From an uncultured bacterium (lineage in GTDB: Bacteria; JAJVIF01; JAPKYR01): 24,331 nt of DNA. Position 1 is the first letter of the stretch, and every line of letters begins with the position of its first letter. The stretch spans positions 1 to 24,331 of the forward strand of contig CBDURU010000047.1 in the NCBI GenBank assembly GCA_965369865.1, in the 5' to 3' direction. This document shows, piece after piece, positions 17,577 to 24,331 of this stretch. The position numbers and the translations under genes were made by a program. Under the pieces are notes generated by a model. It did no database searches and was not told where the DNA came from. It saw only the letters and a program-made list of their open reading frames with translations.

Positions 17577-19715
17577 ATGACGCCACGGAAACGTAGAAAA
17601 CGAACCAAAGAACAGCCGACCGCCCCATTAATCAGTGAGGGTAAGAAAGAACAATATTTTTTTCTACCCCTGACGATGATATTAACTGCGGTGGCTTACG
17701 GTTTAACCTTGTGCCCCACGGTGTATGTCGGCGATTCCGGCGAACTATCCGCGGCCGCTTATTTTCTCGGAATTCCACATGCACCCGGTTATCCCCTTTA
17801 CTGCCTTCTCGGATGGATATTCTCTCACCTGCCCTTCGAGGGTGACGTAGCGTTTAAAATGAATGTCATGAGTGCGGTTTTCGCATGGTGCACGGTGCTG
17901 GTCCTTTACCTGATTATTTACCATTTTACCAGGACCCCCTACCTGAGTTTCTCAATAAGCCTTGCCTATGCTTTCAGCCCGGTTTTCTGGTCGCAGGCAG
18001 TGGTCGCGGAAGTATACTCGCTGAACACTTTCCTGACAGCACTTTCCCTTTATTTTCTATGCCGCTGGCTTGAGAAACGCTCTGATTACTGGATCTATTT
18101 CGCGTTTATTACGATGGGGCTGGCTGTAGCAAATCACCAGTTATCTATCCTGCTCTTGCCCACCGCACTCTACCTGTTCTGGCTATTCAGGAGTGAGATG
18201 AATAAACCGGTTCGGTTCTGGGTAACTATCGGGCTCCTTTATTGTATCGGTCTCCTCTTCTACCTCTACCTCCCCATACGTGCGGCGGCCGATCCACCAG
18301 TTAACTGGGGCGATCCGGATACTTTCGGGAAGTTCTTTGAAACTGTCTTAAAACCAGCGGGATCGCAGACAGACCATGGTTCACGCTGGGGCCATTTCCT
18401 GCATGCATTAAATCTCTGGATCATCCAGTTCAGCCCGGTTATCTGGATAAACGAAACCAGAATTCCAATCCCTGTTATCTGGCTGTTCGGACTCTGGGGG
18501 ATTTACAAGGGAATATCAACCAGGTGGCGGATGGCAAGGGTATTCATATTCTTCATGCTGCTGAACCTGGGCGTCATCCTCTTCCTCTCACAGCCGACAA
18601 AACAGGAACTCCTTATAGTCGGGGTTTATTACCTTCCTGTTTTCTTTGTTTTCGCGGTATTTATGTCGACCGGAATCCGAGAATGGCTCCTGCAGTATCT
18701 ACAGGCGTTCAAGGACCACAAACGCCCGATCCTGTACGGACTTGTTATCCTGATTATTGTTTTAATACCCGAATACCAGTTTATACAGAACCGTCCCGAG
18801 GCTGACCGGTCGCACGACTTTTATGCCAGAGATTACGCAACCAACCTTCTCGAATCCTGTCCCCCGGACTCAATTCTCATAGTGAACTGGGACGACATTT
18901 TTACACTGTGGTATCTCCAGAAAGTCGAAGGCATGAGGGAGGATGTTATTCCCGTACTTGCGGAACTTCCCACTGAACCCGGCGGACACTACTGGGGAGC
19001 GTGGTATTTCGACGAGCTGGAGGAAAAACATCCGGAAATTTTTGAGGGTACCGGATTCAGGTCGGAGATGTTCATCACAACGGAGGATGCTGTTGGATCA
19101 TTCGTGACTGCAAATTTAAACAACGGCCGGGATGTGAATTTCTCATTTTACGGAGTCAGCCTGAATTTTGAATTATTCGATTTTAAACTCCATCCGGTTG
19201 GCGGTGTTTATCGCGCGAGCTATGAAAATTATACGATTGCCGATCTGATAATCGCCCAGCAGGCCTGGGAGATGGCGCTGGATGAATTCCGAAACATATA
19301 CGATTACAAGTATTACAGGATCGAGGAAGAGGATTTCATTATTTACAGGATCTCTGATAACCTGCTTAAAACCGGTCAACTGGCAATAAGCCTTGGAGAC
19401 CGCGCCAAGGCCATCTGGTTTCTGGAACAATCCGTACAGGTCAACAATCTGAATATGCTGGCAATTAAGCTCCTGGCGGATTTTCGATTTCAGGATGGTA
19501 ATTATCCTGCGGCACGGGATCTCTGGCTCATGGCACGCGATCTGGATCCCCTCAATCCGGATGCTCATATGGCTCTAGCCCGGCTGCACCTGGAAATTGG
19601 AGAGCCGGAGCTTGCACGGCAATCGCTTGAGGCAGTTCTCTCGCTCGATCCAAATAACCCCGAAGCACGTGTTCTGCTCCAGTTAATTGAATCCGGTGAA
19701 GCCGATTCCCAATAA
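17577..19715 (+). CDS. DUF2723 / TMEM260-like polytopic membrane glycosyltransferase with C-terminal TPRs
   Basis: GDSGEL...LGIPHAPGYPLY, FSPVFWSQAVVAEVY, YLYLPIRA...NWG and LWYLQxVEGxRxDV motifs; many TM segments; TPR helices (DLDPLNPDAH..., SLDPNNPEA). Confidence 0.88.
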   Translation: MTPRKRRKRTKEQPTAPLISEGKKEQYFFLPLTMILTAVAYGLTLCPTVYVGDSGELSAAAYFLGIPHAPGYPLYCLLGWIFSHLPFEGDVAFKMNVMSAVFAWCTVLVLYLIIYHFTRTPYLSFSISLAYAFSPVFWSQAVVAEVYSLNTFLTALSLYFLCRWLEKRSDYWIYFAFITMGLAVANHQLSILLLPTALYLFWLFRSEMNKPVRFWVTIGLLYCIGLLFYLYLPIRAAADPPVNWGDPDTFGKFFETVLKPAGSQTDHGSRWGHFLHALNLWIIQFSPVIWINETRIPIPVIWLFGLWGIYKGISTRWRMARVFIFFMLLNLGVILFLSQPTKQELLIVGVYYLPVFFVFAVFMSTGIREWLLQYLQAFKDHKRPILYGLVILIIVLIPEYQFIQNRPEADRSHDFYARDYATNLLESCPPDSILIVNWDDIFTLWYLQKVEGMREDVIPVLAELPTEPGGHYWGAWYFDELEEKHPEIFEGTGFRSEMFITTEDAVGSFVTANLNNGRDVNFSFYGVSLNFELFDFKLHPVGGVYRASYENYTIADLIIAQQAWEMALDEFRNIYDYKYYRIEEEDFIIYRISDNLLKTGQLAISLGDRAKAIWFLEQSVQVNNLNMLAIKLLADFRFQDGNYPAARDLWLMARDLDPLNPDAHMALARLHLEIGEPELARQSLEAVLSLDPNNPEARVLLQLIESGEADSQ

Positions 19716-19779
19716 ATCAGCCGGTTTATCAAATTCTCATCCTAAAATTTCATATTGGCTTTTCATATCACAGAATTAA

Positions 19780-19788
19780 TGCTAATAT
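19780..19788 (+). promoter_or_regulatory. Putative extended -10 promoter for the intergenic RNA
   Basis: TGCTAATAT (TGn + TAATAT), with TTTTCA 17 nt upstream; predicted start near 19795. Confidence 0.5.
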
Positions 19789-19794
19789 ATTCAC

Positions 19795-20222
19795 GCATTT
19801 GGTGGATATGACGTTGGAGATTTCAAGGCAAAAGGAACGTTAATAATCCACCCGTCAACGGTTAACGATCCAACTGGATTCCGATTCCTGTAGTTAACAG
19901 AAAAATTAAGCCTGATTTACCCAAGATGGACAACCGGGTGAAACAGGGAACTGAGTTGTTTCGCAAGACGCACCTCAATTGCTCTCGTATCCCTGGATTG
20001 CCGGTTTCAAGGACCGGGAAATAGTTTAAAATTTGAGTATCCCGGTCCGATCATACTCCCTGGCCTGTAAAGACAGTGTCGGATTAAAACCAGGGAGACA
20101 TGATCTCCGGTTGTGATTTGTAAATAAGTCGGGCTTTAAATTTAACTTGCAGGATCGGGGGAACCCCCCGAATGGCGGTTATGCAAAATTAACCGGCTGG
20201 TGAAATTCCAGCCGGTTCTTTT
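19795..20222 (+). ncRNA. Candidate large structured non-coding RNA, class unidentified
   Basis: No ORF of 60 aa or more; at least 8 helices including long-range nested stems; candidate promoter upstream and terminator downstream. Strand inferred from G-U pairs, promoter and U-tract. Confidence 0.65.
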
Positions 20223-20228
20223 AATTTT
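20191..20228 (+). terminator. Rho-independent terminator (possibly bidirectional)
   Basis: AACCGGCTGG-TGAAATT-CCAGCCGGTT followed by CTTTTAATTTT, preceded by AAAATT. Confidence 0.8.
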
Positions 20229-20312
20229 CCGATTTATAAGGGTGCATGGTATATTGATCTATATATAGGAACTTGCATTTCCAGAGATCATCCAACTTCG
20301 TGAGGATAAGGC

Positions 20313-21902
20313 ATGATACACAAAATTACCGACTCGATCATTGTGCTCATAATTGTGCTGATAATTTTTGTCGGCGCTAACCAGGCATGTAAACATAACG
20401 GTGGACCGAAAAATCCCTTACTGGATAACTCACCGGTGCCTGTCATAAATATTCTTGGCAGTATTGAAGGCCCCACTCCCCACACAGTTGAACTGGACGG
20501 TTCGAACTCATACAGTCCCGATGGTGGTCCGGTTACATTTTCATGGCTATTCTCTGATGGGGAAATATCGACCGACCCAACAGTTGAGCACGAATTTACT
20601 TCGAGCGGCAGACATTCTGTAATCCTGGCTATTACTAACAGGATGGGAATTACCAGTTATTCCGACCCAATTGTATTTTACGCATATGGACTTGCGAATT
20701 CACCATGGCCGAAATTCGCGCACGACCAGCACAACTCAGGGATCTCGGAAAATCCAGGTCCGATGATGGACATGGAAAATGCCGATTCCGGAGGTGCTTT
20801 TCCAAGGTACTGGCGCGGTGGAATTCAGAACGATACAGTTACCTCTGTTTGCATAGGCTATGATGGGATGGTCGTTTACACGCAGGGCGAATGGCTCAGG
20901 GCACGAACTCCATACGGTGGCGGGTTGTGGGATGTCGAATTTGAATCAAAGATAAAAGCCTGGCCTGCGATCCTGCATGATGGGAGTATTGTTTTCGGGA
21001 CTGACCAGAGTTGGGTTTACAGGGTCAATCCAGACGGCACAAATATCTGGAGCACCAATGCAAACCAGATAATTAATGAAGAAGTGATACTTGACTCGGC
21101 AGTAAATGTCGGTCACGACGGCACAATATACATAGGGGGTCTTCTAAGGGATCACTATCCCTGGGACACAAAAGGCCGGTTGTTTGCATTAACCTTGGAC
21201 GGTGAAATTCGGTGGGTGAAAGAAACTTCAACCTTTCCAGATTTTAGACTTGTCCCTGTTATTGGAATAGATCAAAATATTATTATTAATGGCCTGGGGT
21301 TCAACATTTACACTCCGGCTGGATTACACATAACCAGCTTCAGCACTGAAGATTCTCACTTCAGTCTTTACCAATTCAAACCTGCTTGTGTTACTCCTGA
21401 CGGTCCCATAATTTTCAGCCATCATGAACTACCGGTGTTTTCCTCATCAGGCGAATTCCTGCGTTTCTTGGTAGATTCGGACAGATTGCGCGGTGAAGGT
21501 GTAAAAGGTCAGCCTGGACGTTATCAGGCGCCTGTTGTTGATTCATCAGGCGCCAACCTGGTCTGGGAGAGTTATTTAAAAGGCGCAACACTTGTGTCAA
21601 GCTTTAACCCCATGGATTTTTCAAGGATCACATCCCCACCAGCTTATTCTAATTTACCGCAAGTTCAGTTTGGACACTCTACTGTGGGTGCTGTTGCAGA
21701 TTCCGAGGGAAGGATTTATATAGCATACCAGGGAATTCGGGCATTCAGCCCAATAGAGCAATATTCTAGTGCACCTTTTTCACGAAGGTACAGCCTATGG
21801 TCATACTCAAGGCCAGCACCGACAATGTCTGCACCTGCAATCGGTGAAGACGGCTGGCTTTATGTCGGATGTGGAGAAGACATACTGGCGATTGGCGACT
21901 GA
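20313..21902 (+). CDS. Membrane-anchored/lipoprotein with PKD (Ig-like) domain and PQQ-like beta-propeller
   Basis: N-terminal hydrophobic segment ending in QAC; PKD 'GPTPHTVELDGSNSYSPDG..FSWLFSDG..HEF'; SPWPKFAHDxxNSG; PAIxxDGxIYxG blades. Confidence 0.85.
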   Translation: MIHKITDSIIVLIIVLIIFVGANQACKHNGGPKNPLLDNSPVPVINILGSIEGPTPHTVELDGSNSYSPDGGPVTFSWLFSDGEISTDPTVEHEFTSSGRHSVILAITNRMGITSYSDPIVFYAYGLANSPWPKFAHDQHNSGISENPGPMMDMENADSGGAFPRYWRGGIQNDTVTSVCIGYDGMVVYTQGEWLRARTPYGGGLWDVEFESKIKAWPAILHDGSIVFGTDQSWVYRVNPDGTNIWSTNANQIINEEVILDSAVNVGHDGTIYIGGLLRDHYPWDTKGRLFALTLDGEIRWVKETSTFPDFRLVPVIGIDQNIIINGLGFNIYTPAGLHITSFSTEDSHFSLYQFKPACVTPDGPIIFSHHELPVFSSSGEFLRFLVDSDRLRGEGVKGQPGRYQAPVVDSSGANLVWESYLKGATLVSSFNPMDFSRITSPPAYSNLPQVQFGHSTVGAVADSEGRIYIAYQGIRAFSPIEQYSSAPFSRRYSLWSYSRPAPTMSAPAIGEDGWLYVGCGEDILAIGD

Positions 21903-22012
21903 AACAGAAAGTATATTGATCGGATACGGGAACCAGGAATTCCATCTCTCCTTGAGGAACCAGACCCTTTCCATGTATAATTCACATTGTCGCTTGTCGA
22001 CAGTGTTTTGTT

Positions 22013-24049
22013 ATGCCTAACGGTCTTCCCATACTCGCCAGGGTCAACAGCCCCGATGATTTAAAAAACCTCTCAATGCCCGAATTGAAAGGACTGTGTC
22101 GCGACCTCAGGGAAACAATTATCCATACCGTCTCCCAGACCGGCGGGCATCTCGCGAGCAACCTTGGCGCGGTCGAGATCACCGTGGCGCTCCATACGGT
22201 ATTCGATTCACCGAGAGACAGGATCGTCTGGGATGTCGGGCACCAGTCATACCCACATAAAATCCTTACCGGGCGAAAAGACCGTTTTCACACGATCCGA
22301 TGTTTCAAAGGGCTTTCCGGTTTCCCGAATCCGAAGGAAAGCGACCATGACACATATGTGGTCGGCCACGCGTCGACCAGCCTGGCGGCTGCCATGGGAA
22401 TGGCGAAGGCGCGGGATTTCGCGGGGGAAGATTACAACGTGATCGCTGTAATCGGCGATGGCGCCATGACCGGCGGAATCGCGTTTGAGGCGATCAATAA
22501 CGCCAGTATTATGCCATCGAACCTGATCATAGTTCTCAATGACAACGAGATGTCGATCAGCCCGAACGTAGGCGGTGTACGCGAGCACCTGTCGTACCTC
22601 CGTACGGTGCCGACCATGCGGAATATCAAGGCCGGGACACTGAAAGCATTACGCCGTATTCCCTGGATAGGCCCGAAAATCGCGAAAAGTATCGATGCGG
22701 TCAGCGAGAGCCTTTTCTATTTTGTGACTCCTTCACGCACCGGTGTCATGTTCGAGGAATTCGGATTCACATACCTAGGTCCATTCGACGGTCATAATCT
22801 GAAAGTTGTGATAGATGTACTGAAATCCGCGAAAAACTGGACCGAACCGGGTCCGATCCTCATCCATCTCCTGACAGTTAAAGGGAAGGGATTCCATCCT
22901 GCCGAAGGCTCACCGACAAGTTTCCATGGAGTCGGCGCGTTCGATCCCGAGCTAGCCATGAAAGAAAAACTCCCCAGAAAGGGAGCTAAGCCCAAACGAC
23001 CAAGCTACACGGATATTTTCGCGGACGCCCTTCTTGAACTCGCGGTGACAGACGAGAAAATTATCGCTATCACCGCTGCAATGGCTGAGGGCACCGGGCT
23101 CGATAAGTTCAGGGACAGAATACCGGAGCGATTTTTCGATGTCGGGATCGCCGAGCAATTCGCGGTCACATTCGCGGGCGGTCTCGCGATCCAGGGGATG
23201 AAACCTGTAGTCGCGATATATTCGACCTTTCTCCAGCGCGCGTTCGATCAATGCATTCACGATATCGGTATCCAGAACCTCCCGGTCACTTTCGCGCTCG
23301 ACCGGGGAGGCCTTGTCGGTGCGGATGGCGCAACGCATCACGGGGTTTTCGACCTGTCTTATCTCAGAATGATCCCTAATTTTGTCGTTATGGCTCCGAA
23401 AGATGAATCGGAACTTCGCGACATGCTCTATACCGCGATCGAGCACGACGGTCCGATTGCGTTCCGATATCCGAGGGGAACCGGGATCGGGGTCGAATTG
23501 AAGAAGGGATTCCAGCCAGTACCAATCGGCAAAGCTGAACTTATTCGTGAAGGAAACGACATCACCCTGATCGGTATCGGCAACATGGTTGGAATCTGTG
23601 AGAGCGCCGCTTCCAAACTTGCCGAAGCCGGGATCGATGCCGCGGTGATCAACGCCCGTTTCGTGAAGCCGCTGGATGCCGCATTGATCTGTCAATGGGC
23701 CGGAATAACCGGACGAATTGTCACTGTCGAAGATAACAATGTCATGGGGGGATTCGGAAGCGCGGTACTTGAATTACTTGATGAAATGGACCTCCTTAAG
23801 GGCTCCGGCGAAAAGCAGGATAAGGAAACTCCCCCGGTTGAAATCCGGCGGATCGGACTTCCCGACGAATTTATCGAGCATGGCACCCAGCAGGAACTGT
23901 GGGACAAGCATGGAATCAATGTCGATACTGTTTATGAAACCGCGCGAAGTATGGTAGGAAAGGTCAGGCTGAGCCTTATTGACAGCAAGCAACGCTCAGA
24001 AGATTCTGAAATCGATATTCACCTGAAAAAACACCACCAGGATAATTGA
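22013..24049 (+). CDS. dxs: 1-deoxy-D-xylulose-5-phosphate synthase
   Basis: GGHLASNLG, WDVGHQSYPHKILTGR, GHASTS, GDGAMTGG, LNDNEMSI, DVGIAEQ, YSTFLQRAFDQ and DRGGLVGADGATH motifs. Confidence 0.98.
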   Translation: MPNGLPILARVNSPDDLKNLSMPELKGLCRDLRETIIHTVSQTGGHLASNLGAVEITVALHTVFDSPRDRIVWDVGHQSYPHKILTGRKDRFHTIRCFKGLSGFPNPKESDHDTYVVGHASTSLAAAMGMAKARDFAGEDYNVIAVIGDGAMTGGIAFEAINNASIMPSNLIIVLNDNEMSISPNVGGVREHLSYLRTVPTMRNIKAGTLKALRRIPWIGPKIAKSIDAVSESLFYFVTPSRTGVMFEEFGFTYLGPFDGHNLKVVIDVLKSAKNWTEPGPILIHLLTVKGKGFHPAEGSPTSFHGVGAFDPELAMKEKLPRKGAKPKRPSYTDIFADALLELAVTDEKIIAITAAMAEGTGLDKFRDRIPERFFDVGIAEQFAVTFAGGLAIQGMKPVVAIYSTFLQRAFDQCIHDIGIQNLPVTFALDRGGLVGADGATHHGVFDLSYLRMIPNFVVMAPKDESELRDMLYTAIEHDGPIAFRYPRGTGIGVELKKGFQPVPIGKAELIREGNDITLIGIGNMVGICESAASKLAEAGIDAAVINARFVKPLDAALICQWAGITGRIVTVEDNNVMGGFGSAVLELLDEMDLLKGSGEKQDKETPPVEIRRIGLPDEFIEHGTQQELWDKHGINVDTVYETARSMVGKVRLSLIDSKQRSEDSEIDIHLKKHHQDN

Positions 24050-24055
24050 ACTGGC

Positions 24056-24174
24056 TAAGACCAATCCCGTTAAATAAAGATTAAGAAGAATTTCAAGGCG
24101 CGCGGGTGTAACTGTCTCACTCAGCGTGTCGACGCCACGCATTTAAGACCAATCCCACTAGATAAAAATTGATT
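24056..24174. repeat. Partial copy of the 15.7-kb repeat unit between 13-bp direct repeats
   Basis: TGTCTCACTCAGCGTGTCGACGCCACGC (24113-24140) is identical to 15874-15901 and 15976-16003. TAAGACCAATCCC occurs at 24056-24068 and 24144-24156. Confidence 0.85.
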
Positions 24175-24178
24175 CGTA

Positions 24179-24331
24179 TCAGACCCTCCTAAAACCCGCC
24201 TTCGCTGACGCTCAGGCCGATTTTACGAGGGGCCACCATAAGAACTCCGGAAATAAAGTTATTAAAAAAATATCTGTCAGACCCTCCTAAAACCCGCCTT
24301 CGCTGACGCTCAGGCCGATTTTACGAGGGGC
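24179..24331. repeat. Two identical palindromic direct repeats of at least 55 bp, period 98 bp; runs off the window edge
   Basis: TCAGACCCTCCTAAAACCCGCCTTCGCTGACGCTCAGGCCGATTTTACGAGGGGC at 24179-24233 and 24277-24331. Confidence 0.9.

Noticed and set aside
19800..20170. tmRNA on the minus strand (TGGTGGA...CCCCCC ends)
   Set aside because: The implied 3' end CATATCCACCA has no T-arm (TTCGA) and cannot form an acceptor stem with GGGGGGT. The GGTGGAT instead pairs locally with ATCCACC.
20150..20190. c-di-AMP (ydaO) riboswitch from CGGGGGAACC
   Set aside because: The downstream conserved elements (GGGGUGAA, CCGUCAGCUAAC) are absent; a simple hairpin explains the sequence.

Overview
Bacterial chromosomal window (lineage not determinable here). 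Housekeeping genes (tRNA-Pro(UGG), aroA, ltaE-type threonine aldolase, dxs) are interspersed with accessory genes. The accessory set comprises a tricorn-like S41 protease, an orphan beta-class DNA methyltransferase, a DUF2723/TMEM260-like membrane glycosyltransferase and several secreted or lipoprotein beta-propeller proteins. The most notable unexplained signals are: (1) a ~430-nt ORF-free segment (19795-20222) with its own candidate promoter and terminator that is packed with nested helices, a candidate large structured ncRNA that I could not match to a known class; (2) a 2.8-kb single-gene cassette bracketed by an intact and a decayed tRNA-Pro copy, with no integrase; (3) two lipoproteins that share a ~300-aa N-terminal module but carry unrelated propellers; (4) several families of REP/BIME-like palindromic repeats, including a ~102-bp tandem array. 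No CRISPR, integrase, transposase or reverse transcriptase gene is visible. All family calls come from motif recognition by eye; no database search or folding program was run.
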